Notes: generated by a model from the sequence alone, not told the origin. A stretch of DNA of 64,000 bases from an uncultured Methylomirabilota bacterium (GCA_963705305.1 OY970067.1:5568001-5632000); one strand, 5' to 3'; numbered from the stretch's first letter, positions 9,476-19,908 are shown. Made by a program: numbers and translations.

Positions 9476-11231
9476 CCAGGGCTACCTCCCGGTTGCCGAG
9501 ATAGGCCTCTACGACTGCCCGGTGCCGCAGTACCGCATCCGCGGTCCCCTCGGCGATCTTCTCCCCGAAATTGAGGACCGTGGCTAGCGTGGCGACCTGG
9601 GAGACCAGGGACATGTCGTGTTCCACCAGGACGATGGTGAGTCCCATGTCCTTCAGCCGCGTGAGGAGCTGGATCAGCTCCTGCTTCTCGGTCTGGTTCA
9701 GGCCGGCGCCCGGCTCGTCGAGCAGGAGAAGATCGGGCTCTCCGGCCAGGGCCCGCGCCAGCTCGACAAGCTTCTGGTGGCCGTAGGGCAGGTTCCGGCA
9801 GAGCTCGTTCACCTTGTCCGGCAGCCCCACGAACTCGATCGCCGCCATGGCGCGATCCCGGGTCTCGTGCTCCCGGCTTTTCTCCCGCTGCGCCCCGATC
9901 AGGACATTCTCCCAGACGGTCAGCTCGCGGAAGAGGCGCAAATTCTGAAAGGAGCGGGCCATGCCGTAATGGGCGATGCGGCTGGGACGCAGGCCGACGA
10001 CGTCCTGGCCCAGAAAGTGAATACGTCCGGCCGTGGGCACATACAGGCCGGAGAGCAGGTTGATGATGGTAGTCTTCCCGGAGCCGTTGGGGCCGATGAG
10101 GGCATGGATTTCGCCCTGCCGGACGGTGAAGTCTACCCCATCCACTGCCTTCACTCCGCCGAAGTGCTTGACGAGGTGCTCGACCCGCAGGATCTCCTCG
10201 CCCGCCTTCACGCGGCCGCCCACCTGGAGCGGGCGCCGGGCCGGCGGCAGGACCAGGGGCCGGGCGAAGCGGCGCCCAAATAGCTTCACGTAGCCCCAGA
10301 GGCCCTCGGGCATGAAGACGATCACCAGGATGATGGCGCAGCCGTAGACCACCAGGTAGACCCGCTGAAGGTCGCGCAGCCACTCGGGCAGGAAGGTGAG
10401 CAGGGTGGCGCCCAGGACGCCGCCCAGGGCGGAGTCGCTCCCCCCCACCAGCACCATGGCGAGAAAGGCGACCGCATGTTCAAAGTTGAAGCTGTCCGGG
10501 CTGACGTAGAGGTACCCCGAAGCGTAGATCGCGCCGCCCAGCGCCCCGATGACCGCACTCATGATGAAGGCGATAACCTTCACCCGGCGCGTGTCCACGC
10601 CCAGCGCCTCCGCCGCCAGCTCGTTCTCACGAATGGCCCGCATGGCGCGGCCGAGGGCGGTGTCACGGAGCCACCAGACCAGTCCGGCGACCAGCAGCAG
10701 GGCGGCCAGGGCGAACCAGGCGTACCGCTGCACAGTGTTCAGCGGGACGAGGAACAGCGGCCGCTTGATGTTGCTGATCCCGTCCGGGCCTCCCGTGACC
10801 TCGATCCAGTTGGTGTTGACTAGGGTGTAGATGATCTGGAAGCAGATCGTCACCATGGCCAGGTAGTGACCGCCCAGCTTGAGCGTCGTGCTGCCGAGCA
10901 CCGCCCCCGCCAGGAGAGCGGCCGCCAGGCCCACCAGCAGGGCGACCCACCAGTTCATTCCCCAGCGGGTGGTGCCCAGGGCCACCCCGTAGGCCCCCAG
11001 CCCGTAGAAGGCGGCCTGGGCCAAGGAGATCTGGCCGGCGTACCCCAGCACCACCACCAGGCCGAGCGTCGCGATGCCCCAGGCGGCGCCCAGGACGAGC
11101 AGGTTCGTGGTGTACCGGCTGGTGAAAAGGAGCGGTAGGATCACGACCACGACGGCACCCAGCGCCAGGGCCAGATAGCCCGGCCGGAACCAGGGACGGC
11201 TGCGGGCCTTCTTGCTGTCGGTACCGGTCAT
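9468..11231 (-). CDS. Branched-chain amino acid ABC permease fused to ATP-binding domain (LivM-LivG)
   Basis: GYAGQISLAQAAFYG permease region; C-terminal GPNGSGKTT, LPYGHQK, LLLDEP, VEHDM. Confidence 0.9.
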   Translation of the reverse strand: MTGTDSKKARSRPWFRPGYLALALGAVVVVILPLLFTSRYTTNLLVLGAAWGIATLGLVVVLGYAGQISLAQAAFYGLGAYGVALGTTRWGMNWWVALLVGLAAALLAGAVLGSTTLKLGGHYLAMVTICFQIIYTLVNTNWIEVTGGPDGISNIKRPLFLVPLNTVQRYAWFALAALLLVAGLVWWLRDTALGRAMRAIRENELAAEALGVDTRRVKVIAFIMSAVIGALGGAIYASGYLYVSPDSFNFEHAVAFLAMVLVGGSDSALGGVLGATLLTFLPEWLRDLQRVYLVVYGCAIILVIVFMPEGLWGYVKLFGRRFARPLVLPPARRPLQVGGRVKAGEEILRVEHLVKHFGGVKAVDGVDFTVRQGEIHALIGPNGSGKTTIINLLSGLYVPTAGRIHFLGQDVVGLRPSRIAHYGMARSFQNLRLFRELTVWENVLIGAQREKSREHETRDRAMAAIEFVGLPDKVNELCRNLPYGHQKLVELARALAGEPDLLLLDEPGAGLNQTEKQELIQLLTRLKDMGLTIVLVEHDMSLVSQVATLATVLNFGEKIAEGTADAVLRHRAVVEAYLGNREVALGV

Positions 11232-12127
11232 GCCTTCTCCGCGACCTTCTCGCCGAAGATGCCCTGCGGCCGCAGCAGGAGAAACAGCATCAGCACCAGG
11301 AAGCTATAGCCGTCCTTGTAGATGGCCGAGATATAGGCGGCGCCGAAGCTTTCGATCACGCCCAGTGCCAGGCCGCCCAGGATGGCCCCCCGCACATCAC
11401 CGAATCCGCCGCAGATGGTGGCCGCGAACGCCTTGAGGCCAAGCATCCCCCCCATTTTGTGCGTCACAAAGAAGATGGGGGCGACCAGGATGCCGCCGAT
11501 CCCGCCCAGGAGGCTGCTGTAGATGAAGGTGAGGGCGATCATCACGGTTGCCGGGATGCCGAGCAGCCTGGCCATATCCTTGTCCTGCGAGGTGGCCTGC
11601 ATCTTCTTGCCCAGGATGGTGTACTCGAAAAAGAGATACTGGAGGCCGACCAGCAACAGCGTGACTATGAGGGTGATCACGTACTGGTAATCGAAGAAGA
11701 TGCCGCCCAGCGTGATGCCGCCGATCCCGTTCACCGTCTCGATCACTGGGCGGACCTTCTCGGGGGTCGGTCCGAAGACGGCCAGCGCCCCGTTCTGCAT
11801 CATGATCTGGGCGCCGATAGTGGCGATGATGACGGGAAGGAAGCTCCGGTTGCGCAGCGGGTAGTACACGGTGAGCTCGAAGATCAGGCCCACCGCCGCC
11901 ATGATGAAGAGCGCCAGCAGGATGGCCGCGAAGTAATTCAGCTTGAGTCCATGCCACAGGGCGAACAGAAAGTAGGCACCCAGCATGGCGAACTCGCCCT
12001 GGGCGAAGTTCACGACGTTGGTCGCCCGGAAGATCATGACGAAGCCCAGGGCGACCAGCGCATAGACGCCCCCGATCGCGAGGCCTGCGAACATGAGCTG
12101 TCCGTTCATGGACAGGCTTTCGAACAT
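11228..12127 (-). CDS. livH: Branched-chain amino acid ABC permease
   Basis: YALVALGFVMIF, NFAQGE, GGFG, RPQGIFG. Confidence 0.9.
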   Translation of the reverse strand: MFESLSMNGQLMFAGLAIGGVYALVALGFVMIFRATNVVNFAQGEFAMLGAYFLFALWHGLKLNYFAAILLALFIMAAVGLIFELTVYYPLRNRSFLPVIIATIGAQIMMQNGALAVFGPTPEKVRPVIETVNGIGGITLGGIFFDYQYVITLIVTLLLVGLQYLFFEYTILGKKMQATSQDKDMARLLGIPATVMIALTFIYSSLLGGIGGILVAPIFFVTHKMGGMLGLKAFAATICGGFGDVRGAILGGLALGVIESFGAAYISAIYKDGYSFLVLMLFLLLRPQGIFGEKVAEKA

Positions 12128-12240
12128 ATCCTATCCTCCCCGGGTCCGGGGACTGTCACCTGACTTCATCCGACGCCAGTCCCCACCCATCCCTCCCAAG
12201 AGAGATGGGCGGGGCTGCGTCGCACGTGCTGCCGTCTGCC

Positions 12241-13383
12241 TTAGCGGGGGACGTGCAGGGTCTTGAAGTACTTGATGGCCCCGTTGACGTTCTGCACGAT
12301 GTTGTAGTGGTCCAGGCCGTCGCCATTCTGGTCGAAGTTGTACTCCCCTTCCGCCCCCGGGAACTTCCGGATGCTCAGGATGGCCTTGCGGAGGTTCTCG
12401 GGCTTCAGGTCCGGCGACTGCTTCATCGCCTCGGCGAACACCAGGACCGCGTCATAGCACCAGGCAGCGTACAGATCCGGCTCCTGGCCGTACTTGGCCT
12501 TGTAGGCCTTGGCGAAGGCCATGGAGGTGGGGCTGGCATCCACGCTGAAGTCGGTGACGCCGTAGGTGCCGTAGAGCGAATCCCCGGCCAGGTTCCGGCT
12601 ATCCACGCCGGTGATCGAGGGCGAGCCCACCCACGTCACTTTGACGCCGAGCTGCTTGATCTGGCGGGCGAGCACGCCCAGATCGGTGCCGAACGTCATG
12701 TACGTGGCGAGGCCCGTGGCCCCGGACTTCTTGAGCGCCTCGACCACGCCGGTGAAGTCCTTCTCCTGGTTGTTGTAGCCCTGGTCAAGCACCACCTCGC
12801 CCCCCAGCGCCTTCACGGCCGGCGCCAGCATATCCCGCCCGCCGTTGCCGAAGGCGTCGGAGGCGTGGATGATGGCGATCTTCTTCAGCTTCAGATCGTC
12901 CACCATGAACTTGGCGATGACCTTGGCGCTCATGCCGTCATTCGGGCGGAAGCGGAAGACCCACTGGCTGCCGCTGTGGGTCAGGCCATAGTTGGTCCCG
13001 CCGATCGCCACGGGGATCTTGGCCTCGTTGATCGTGGGCAGCATGGCCTGCACCTGGGTCGAGCGGATGGATCCCAGGATCGCCACGATGTCCTTGTCCT
13101 CCAGGAGCTTTTGCAGGGCCGCCACGGCGCCCGGGTTGGTTGTCTGGTCATCCTCTTCCACCAGGACGAGCTTCCTGCCCTTGACACCCCCCGCAGCATT
13201 GATCTGCTCGACGGCGAGCTCGGCCCCCTGCCTGTGGTACTTGCCGGACTCCGCCGCCTCGCCGGTCATGGGGATGATCTGGCCAATCTTGATCGTCTTC
13301 GCCTGGGCATGAACCAGCGTGAACGAGACAAGAACGAGAGCCACAGCCGCAACCCCCGCGAGCCACCCCCTGTACGTGCTCAT
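12241..13383 (-). CDS. Branched-chain amino acid ABC substrate-binding protein (LivJ/K-like)
   Basis: Signal peptide, IKIG, AVEQINAAGGVKGRKL, EDD; heads the liv operon. Confidence 0.85.
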   Translation of the reverse strand: MSTYRGWLAGVAAVALVLVSFTLVHAQAKTIKIGQIIPMTGEAAESGKYHRQGAELAVEQINAAGGVKGRKLVLVEEDDQTTNPGAVAALQKLLEDKDIVAILGSIRSTQVQAMLPTINEAKIPVAIGGTNYGLTHSGSQWVFRFRPNDGMSAKVIAKFMVDDLKLKKIAIIHASDAFGNGGRDMLAPAVKALGGEVVLDQGYNNQEKDFTGVVEALKKSGATGLATYMTFGTDLGVLARQIKQLGVKVTWVGSPSITGVDSRNLAGDSLYGTYGVTDFSVDASPTSMAFAKAYKAKYGQEPDLYAAWCYDAVLVFAEAMKQSPDLKPENLRKAILSIRKFPGAEGEYNFDQNGDGLDHYNIVQNVNGAIKYFKTLHVPR

Positions 13384-13717
13384 GGTCTCCTGTCCTCCAA
13401 TCCCCCTTCCGGGTCCACTGCGTTTGCCGCCGAGCCCCTGACTCGGCATCTAAAAAGGCAGGGCGGGTGTAGGATGAGGCCGGGAAAATGCTCCCCCTGG
13501 ACGGACTAGGCGTGGTGGAAGTTCCGTCATATCGTCTTCGGTGTCAAGGGGAAGATGGGGGACGGCAGGGAAATGTCTCCCTTATGGAACCACTGGCGCG
13601 GACGTCGCGCTCTGCAGGTCCGTCGCCGGTACGCCTGGACCGGCGCCGCCCGGCCTTGGGCGTGCGGTGCGCCCGGAGTATCCCCCCGGCCGAGGCCGGC
13701 GCTTCCTTCCGTGCAGG

Positions 13718-14059
13718 TTAGGGTTTGGTCGGAGACTCTTGGTCGCTTTCTTTCTTGTTCTCCGGTGCCTTTGGAGGTTTGTCCGCTTCCCCCCCCACGA
13801 AGCGATTCCAATCGTCTATCGCGCTCTGGGCGGCCTTCCGGTGAGCCTCGATTGCCTTCTCCTGCTCCTTGACAAATGATTCGAGGCAGGACCGGTACAG
13901 ATCTACGGAGGCCTTATAGCGGTCAAGTTGGGCCTGGGTCACGAAATCCCGCTGCTTCAGCGGAGCAATGCAGTTGTGGGACGGGATATCCGGGCCGCTG
14001 GAGGCGGCAGCGGGTGAAAGCAGGAGAGCAATCAGAATGATTCCACCGACTCCTCGCAT
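13718..14059 (-). CDS. Secreted hypothetical protein
   Basis: SD AAGGAGG, signal peptide MRGVGGIILIALLLSPAAA, helical region with two Cys. Confidence 0.6.
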   Translation of the reverse strand: MRGVGGIILIALLLSPAAASSGPDIPSHNCIAPLKQRDFVTQAQLDRYKASVDLYRSCLESFVKEQEKAIEAHRKAAQSAIDDWNRFVGGEADKPPKAPENKKESDQESPTKP

Positions 14060-14590
14060 GCGGCCTACCTCCTTCTCCTTCGGACTCTTTTCGTCCCATC
14101 GACTTCGGCTACTCCTCCATGCGGGGGCGTCTGGGCCGTTCCCTCCCGTGCAGCCCAGGTGCCCGATCCGCGAGCCGCAGGGCAGCAGCGTTCGCGATCG
14201 GGCATGCAAGGCGCGTCCGGCAGCCCGTATGCCGCCGGCAGTCGTGGACGCTGGCCGGGACCCCCGTGGCTGTGAGTCTCGACCGGGCCGCCCCTCTGCG
14301 GGAGATACCCCAGAGTGTAGCACACTCACCCCCTTAGGTCCGGAGGGCCCCACGTCCTCCGATGGCAGACTCTCGGAATTCACGGGGAGCCGGATCCGGC
14401 GCTCGGCAGGGGGCCGGGCCGGCTCTTGGCCGCGCACAAACGGGTGGCACCATCGGGCCGTCCGCTTTCGGTCATCGTGATTGACAGCCGGCGGTACCTC
14501 CGATAGGCTTCTATTGATCACTCCAAAGGTCGCGGGCCGGGAATCTTCGATCGTGCCAGAGGCACCCTTGCTATCCAGGGCGTTCCCATC

Positions 14591-15667
14591 ATGACAATCG
14601 ACCGCTTGGAAAACATCAACGTCGCCGCCTTCGATCTGATGCCCTCACCCGAGGAGATCCAGGCACGGCACCCGATCACGGAGGCCGCGGCGGCGGCGGT
14701 CCTTGGGGGGCGCGAGACCATTCGCCGCATCCTGGATCGAGCGGACCTTCGGCTCTTCATCATCGTCGGCCCCTGCTCGATCCACGATCTCGCCGCCGGC
14801 TACGACTATGCCCAACGGCTGCGGCACCTTGCCGAACAGGTTCGGGAGACGCTGGTCCTAGTCATGCGGGTCTACTTCGCCAAGCCCCGCACCGCCACCG
14901 GCTGGAAGGGGTTCATCAACGATCCCTACCTCGACGATTCCTTCCGCATCGACGAAGGGATGGAGAAGGCCAGGGCCTTCCTGCTGCAGGTGGCGGCGCT
15001 GGGCCTCCCGATAGCTACGGAGGCCCTCGACTCTATCACCCCGCAATACCTGGGCGATCTCATCGCCTGGACGGCCATCGGGGCCCGTACCGCGGAATCG
15101 CAGACCCACCGCGAGATCGCAAGCGGGCTGTCGACCCCGGTGGGGTTCAAGAACGGCACGGACGGCGACATCCAAGTGGCGATCAACGCGATCCGTGCGG
15201 CCGCCCGGCCCCATAGCTTCCTCGGCCTGAATGCCCACGGGCGATCGACGATCGTCCGGACCCGGGGGAATGCCTACGGCCACCTCGTGCTGCGGGGGGG
15301 CGGGGGGCGGTCAAATTACGATACGGTGAGCATTTCCCTGGTGGAGCGGGCGCTGGCAAGCGCGAGCCTCCCTCGGAACGTCGTCGTCGACTGCTCGCAT
15401 GAGAATTCCTCCAAAGATCCGGAATTGCAGCCGCTGGTGCTCTCCGACTGCGTACACCAAATCCGGGAGGGCAACCGATCCATCGTAGGTCTGATGGTCG
15501 AGAGCAATATCGAAGGGGGCAATCAGCCGATCCCGGCCGACCTGTCGACCCTCAAGTACGGCTGTTCCGTAACCGACCCGTGCGTCGATTGGCCCACCAC
15601 GGACCGCATGCTTCGCAAGGCCTGCCAGGCCCTGCGCAACGTCCTCCCCCATCGCGGAACCCCCTGA
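14591..15667 (+). CDS. aroG: 3-deoxy-7-phosphoheptulonate (DAHP) synthase, class I-alpha (AroF/G/H type)
   Basis: VGPCSIHD, RVYFAKPRT, GWKG, IGARTAESQTHRE, GFKNGTDG, VDCSH, YGCSVTDPC. Confidence 0.9.
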   Translation: MTIDRLENINVAAFDLMPSPEEIQARHPITEAAAAAVLGGRETIRRILDRADLRLFIIVGPCSIHDLAAGYDYAQRLRHLAEQVRETLVLVMRVYFAKPRTATGWKGFINDPYLDDSFRIDEGMEKARAFLLQVAALGLPIATEALDSITPQYLGDLIAWTAIGARTAESQTHREIASGLSTPVGFKNGTDGDIQVAINAIRAAARPHSFLGLNAHGRSTIVRTRGNAYGHLVLRGGGGRSNYDTVSISLVERALASASLPRNVVVDCSHENSSKDPELQPLVLSDCVHQIREGNRSIVGLMVESNIEGGNQPIPADLSTLKYGCSVTDPCVDWPTTDRMLRKACQALRNVLPHRGTP

Positions 15668-15986
15668 GCGTTGCCCCCTGCCTTCTGCGAAATCGTCCTG
15701 TTATTGATCATTGTATAAGTAATGGGCCACATGAAAGGGCAAGGGGGTCGGGCCGGGGTGCCCTGGAGCGCCGCGCCCGCGGGCGAGCCCGGCCCCGGCC
15801 CGGAGGGCGCCGTCCTGTGGCGGCCGACCCGGGGTAAGGGCGAGCCGGCATCGGGTACCCGCTTGAAGAGTGGGTGCAGGCGCCAGGCGTCGAGAGGGCG
15901 CCCCGGCCTGACCCCAATCGGTCCGCCACTTTACTTTCGCAAGAATCAGTAGTCAAAAACGTCCCCTATTTCGAGCGCCGGCGACT

Positions 15987-17222
15987 TCATCGGGGCTCCA
16001 GGGAACTGATCCGAGCCAGCTCGGGAAAGAGACGCAGCCAGGCGAGGCTCACGAGAATCGTCCCCACCCCCCCGAGGAGCACGGCGGGCACGGTGCCGAA
16101 CAGGGCGGCCGTCACGCCGGACTCGAACTCCCCGAGTTGGTTCGAGGTCCCGATGAACATCGAGTGCACCGCGCTCACCCGGCCCCGCATCGCGTCGGGG
16201 GTTTCGATCTGAACAAGCGAGTTGCGGATAACCACGCTGATGACGTCCGCAGCCCCGAGGACCGTCAGCGCGCCCAGGGAGAGGCCGAACGAGGTCGAGA
16301 CCGCAAACACGACCGTGGCGAGACCGAAGGTCGCCACGGCGCCGAACATGATTCGCCCAACCCGACGGCGGAGCGGACACCGTGCCAGAACCACCGACGT
16401 GGTCAGCGCCCCGACGGCGGGCGCCGAGCGCAGCAATCCCAAGCCCCAGGGGCCGGTGACCAGAATGTCCCGCGCGTAGATCGGGAGCAGCGCTGTGGCC
16501 CCGCCCAGCAACACGGCGAACAGGTCGAGAGAGATGGCCCCCAAGATCGCCGGCTGGCGGCGGATGAAGGCGATGCCGGCGAACAGCGACCGGACGCTCA
16601 CAGGCTCGTGTGTGGCCGGTGTCCGCTCCATGCGGATGCCAGCCACGAGGAGGCTGGCACCGAAAAACAGGATGCCGGCCGTCGAGTAGACGGTGGTGGA
16701 GCCGGCCGCATACAGCAAACCGCCGAGCGCCGGCCCGAGGATCGAGGCCGTCTGGCCTGCCGACGCCGCCCAGGCGACAGCGCGCGGGATGAGCGCGGGG
16801 GGCACCAGGCCGGGGACCAGCGCCTGCAGGCTCGGCCCCTCGAAGGCCCGGGCCGCGCCCACCACGAAGACAATCGCCAGGAGGCTCTCCCCGCTTAGCC
16901 GCCCGCTGGTGCTCCCGAGGGCCAGCGTGCCGGCCGCCGTCGCCTCCACGAGTTCGCACGCCCGCGCCACCAGGCGGCGGTCGTAGCGGTCGGCCACCTG
17001 GCCCACCACGAGGGTCAGGAGAAACATCGGCAGGAACTGCGCCAGCCCGATCAGCCCGAGGTAAAATGGGCTTCCGGTGAGGGCATACCCCTGCCAGCCG
17101 ACGGCGACCGCCTGCATCTGAAAGGCAATCGTGGTCGCCATGCGCCCGAACCAATAGAAGGCGAACGGCTTCTGGCGCAGGAGCGCGGGCGCTGGAAGCG
17201 GGCGTGGAGATGAGGAGTGCAT
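15987..17222 (-). CDS. MFS transporter (EntS/H+ antiporter-like)
   Basis: GQVADRYDRR motif A, LDLFAVLLGGATALLP, MRGRV, NQLGEFESG. Confidence 0.85.
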   Translation of the reverse strand: MHSSSPRPLPAPALLRQKPFAFYWFGRMATTIAFQMQAVAVGWQGYALTGSPFYLGLIGLAQFLPMFLLTLVVGQVADRYDRRLVARACELVEATAAGTLALGSTSGRLSGESLLAIVFVVGAARAFEGPSLQALVPGLVPPALIPRAVAWAASAGQTASILGPALGGLLYAAGSTTVYSTAGILFFGASLLVAGIRMERTPATHEPVSVRSLFAGIAFIRRQPAILGAISLDLFAVLLGGATALLPIYARDILVTGPWGLGLLRSAPAVGALTTSVVLARCPLRRRVGRIMFGAVATFGLATVVFAVSTSFGLSLGALTVLGAADVISVVIRNSLVQIETPDAMRGRVSAVHSMFIGTSNQLGEFESGVTAALFGTVPAVLLGGVGTILVSLAWLRLFPELARISSLEPR

Positions 17223-17433
17223 GGTGGATTGCGACGTGTCCACGGGGTTACCAGTCAATCGCATCCGTCGAGGGCGCTTCAAACGACGGGATGAGCGCCT
17301 GCCGCACCTCCGCCCGACGCTCCCGGGGCGCCGCTGGCATGCCGGCGGGACAGCTCGCGTGCGGCTCCGCAGGGCTTTCGGCTTCCGGAAAGTCAGCGCA
17401 GCAAACAACGCCCCCCGTCTTGTGGCGGGCAGA

Positions 17434-17643
17434 TTATCGCCGCCGGGAGGGCTGCCAGACGTACTCGCTCGCTTTCATGCGGAGGCTGCGCGGGGGGAGA
17501 CACCCGGGGTCGCTTCGCGTCACGATCACCTGGCACCACTCCCCCTCCAGCAAGGCGTGCAGGTAGGTGTGGGTCCCATTCCGCTCGCCACGCCAGCGGG
17601 TCACCCGTCCCACATTGTCGCGTGTGATGACGACGACGTTCAT
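17434..17643 (-). CDS. Small hypothetical protein
   Basis: ORF MNVVVITRDNVGRV... with GGGGA upstream; divergent from riboswitch promoter. Confidence 0.45.
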   Translation of the reverse strand: MNVVVITRDNVGRVTRWRGERNGTHTYLHALLEGEWCQVIVTRSDPGCLPPRSLRMKASEYVWQPSRRR

Positions 17644-17833
17644 GTCCCCTGCAGGTCCACGAAATAAGCCCTCGGCCATCGGAGTTCAGCCTGGGGCCTC
17701 ACCTTCTTGCACCAAGCCGAAGCCTTGGTCGAAGGATACAACAAGAAGGCCTGTGGGACGAGGCTGGAGTTCCACCTCTTCTTTTGTCGACTTGCCGAGG
17801 ACGCCCTGAGCCGAACGGCGCGAGAAGAAGCGC

Positions 17834-17862
17834 TTGACTCGGTTGGATTCATGAAGGAAAAT
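17834..17862 (+). promoter_or_regulatory. sigma70-type promoter for riboswitch 1
   Basis: TTGACT (17834)-17 nt-GAAAAT (17857), 13 nt before the aptamer; -10 element is weak. Confidence 0.5.
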
Positions 17863-17875
17863 ACACCAAAGAAAT

Positions 17876-17923
17876 GGCGATGGAGTTCGCGGGTCCCCGT
17901 CTGCGCGGGGTGATAACTCCTAC
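17876..17923 (+). ncRNA. Fluoride riboswitch (crcB motif) aptamer 1
   Basis: GGCGATGGAGTTCGC...CCCCG/CGGGG stem...TGATAACTCCTAC; pseudoknot GGAGTT (17882-87) pairs with AACTCC (17915-20). Confidence 0.8.
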
Positions 17924-17951
17924 TGGCAAAGCCAGTGGGGGTTTTTTATTT
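17915..17951 (+). terminator. Intrinsic terminator overlapping aptamer 1 (expression platform)
   Basis: AACTCCTACTGGC-AAA-GCCAGTGGGGGTT hairpin running into TTTTTTATTT. Confidence 0.8.
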
Positions 17952-18111
17952 CGGGGGTTTGACGGCAATTGCCATCGCCTCCCTCCAGACCGCAGGGCGC
18001 GAGGAGGACCGGTGGGCCGTGGCCGCCGGGGGTTCCGCCCCGCCGGACTACCGACCGCCGACTCCGGCCGAGAATCCGACGCCCGTGGACGCCTGAGCCG
18101 GGAGTCGCACT

Positions 18112-18525
18112 GTGCAGCGCAAGCAGCCGACGGTCCGCGATTTGAACAGTCTCGGCGTCCATTTCTACAGCGTCGAGGCCTATGACCTGGCCATCGTTCA
18201 GCTCGAGCAGGCGACCCGCCTGGCGCCGGACGTGGCCTCCATTCACTTCAACCTGGGGGGCGCCTACTACGGGAAGGGGCGTATCGAGGACGCGGAGCGC
18301 GAGTTCCAGGAGGCGCTTGATCTCGACCCCGGCCACGCGCGCGCCCACTGGTTCCACGGCCTCTGCCTGGAGCGGATGGCCCGTCTGGGCGAAGCCCTGG
18401 CGGAATTCCACTGGGTGCGGGAGCATTCGCCGGGGACTCGCGAGGCACGATCCGCTCTCGAGGAGATCCAGGCCATCGCCGCCCTTTCCGGACGGGAAGG
18501 CCGCGGGGCCTCCCTTACCGGATAG
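18112..18525 (+). CDS. TPR-repeat protein
   Basis: LNSLGVHFY, HFNLGGAYY, HWFHGLCL TPR consensus repeats; GTG start. Confidence 0.8.
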   Translation: MQRKQPTVRDLNSLGVHFYSVEAYDLAIVQLEQATRLAPDVASIHFNLGGAYYGKGRIEDAEREFQEALDLDPGHARAHWFHGLCLERMARLGEALAEFHWVREHSPGTREARSALEEIQAIAALSGREGRGASLTG

Positions 18526-18527
18526 CC

Positions 18528-19109
18528 ATGAAGACGGACACTCCTTCATCTCCGACGACTCTGGAACGGGCCGGGTCCGTCCATCCGGATGGATCCCGGT
18601 TGCCGGCGGGGTCTTCGAGCCCGACCCTGAATTCTGAGAGCGTTTCCGGCGCTCTCAACGCCGCCCAAGTCCGCGCGGTGGCGGCCGCGCTCCGAACGTT
18701 GGAGTACGCACTGGATGAGGTCGAGCGCCTGCTGGCCTCGACCACTTCAGGGGTCACGATCCGCTGGCGAGTCGACCTGACCGTCGAGGAGCACCGCCTC
18801 CTCCGGCAACTCACGGCCCAACTCCGGGGGCGGCTGGCCGTCGCCTGCCTCGACCTGGGAATCGGCGCCGACGAACGGTCTGTTCGAGGCGCGATCCGGG
18901 GAACCCTGGCGGTCCTATGGGCCACACTCGAGGACAGTCGGGCAGTGAGTCTCCGCAGCTACGGTCCGCTTCCGGCCGGGGCGGGCTTGGGCCTGGATGC
19001 GACGATGGCGGCGCTCGCGGCGGACGTTGGCCGGATCCTTCGGATAGTGGAAGGAACGGAAGCAGGAGCGCGGGGCCGAGACCGGGGTGCCGCCGGCGCG
19101 GAGGCCTGA
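18528..19109 (+). CDS. Hypothetical helical protein
   Basis: Tightly spaced ORF in operon, amphipathic helices; start uncertain. Confidence 0.55.
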   Translation: MKTDTPSSPTTLERAGSVHPDGSRLPAGSSSPTLNSESVSGALNAAQVRAVAAALRTLEYALDEVERLLASTTSGVTIRWRVDLTVEEHRLLRQLTAQLRGRLAVACLDLGIGADERSVRGAIRGTLAVLWATLEDSRAVSLRSYGPLPAGAGLGLDATMAALAADVGRILRIVEGTEAGARGRDRGAAGAEA

Positions 19110-19113
19110 GGAG

Positions 19114-19908
19114 ATGGACTTCGGAACCTTCGACGGCTTCTGGCATAGGCTCGCCCGGACGCGTCTGCACATGCCCGAGGTGTCGGACCTCGAGGCTGTC
19201 CTGGGACAGGCGATGGGCGCGTGGCGAAGCTGCGTGGTTTGCAACCTTCTCTGGGAGCGGGCCTTTGACCTGACCTCGCGCTGGCAGCAGCTCCTCGCTT
19301 CTGACGCCGCCGCCCAGGCGGACTTCCTGTGCGGGCAGACTTGGTGCAACCGGCATGCCTGGTTCTTCAGCCAGATGATGGCCCCGGTGTCCCAGGCGCG
19401 CTTGCAGCGCCGACTGCACGAGGAGGTGGCGGCCCGGATTCGGGAGCACCTCCAGTCCATCCCGGAGCGTCCGATGGGCGGGGACGCCCGCACGATTCTT
19501 GAATCGCTCATCGGCAGGCGTACCTGTCCCCTGTGCGACGACGAGTCCGCCTTGCTGACGCTGGTCCTGGCCGCGATAGTGCGCGGCCTGACCGCGGGAT
19601 CGCTCCGGCCGGCCTTCGCCGCATCCGCCGGCTGCTGTCTCCCCCATCTGGCCGCCCTGCTGTCCCGCGTCGCCCACAGCGACACCGCCCGTTTCCTGTT
19701 GGAGGCGACCCAGGATCGCCTGGCACGGCTGACGGCGGAGTTGGACTACTACCAGGCGGAGAGCGAAAGCCGGCGGCGGCGGTACGAATCGGCCGCCGAC
19801 GCCCCGGCCCGGGCCCTAGCCGCCTGGGCGGGCCTGCGGGACATGGTGCGGGATTGGGAGGGGACACCGACCGAGTCCCGCCCGCAGCCGGAAGGAGTTA
19901 CGCCGTGA
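19114..19908 (+). CDS. DUF6062-like Cys/His-rich protein (second copy)
   Basis: CVVC/WCNRH and CPLC/CCLPH repeats, same layout as 7510-8364; SD GAGGAG. Confidence 0.65.
   Translation: MDFGTFDGFWHRLARTRLHMPEVSDLEAVLGQAMGAWRSCVVCNLLWERAFDLTSRWQQLLASDAAAQADFLCGQTWCNRHAWFFSQMMAPVSQARLQRRLHEEVAARIREHLQSIPERPMGGDARTILESLIGRRTCPLCDDESALLTLVLAAIVRGLTAGSLRPAFAASAGCCLPHLAALLSRVAHSDTARFLLEATQDRLARLTAELDYYQAESESRRRRYESAADAPARALAAWAGLRDMVRDWEGTPTESRPQPEGVTP

Noticed and set aside
14060..14330. Long leader with hairpin TGCCCGATCCGCGA...TCGCGATCGGGCA and a minus-strand GGGACGAAAAG resembling a c-di-GMP-I riboswitch core
   Set aside because: The other conserved elements (GGCAAAC, GNRA loop/receptor) were not found; hairpins are common at this GC content.
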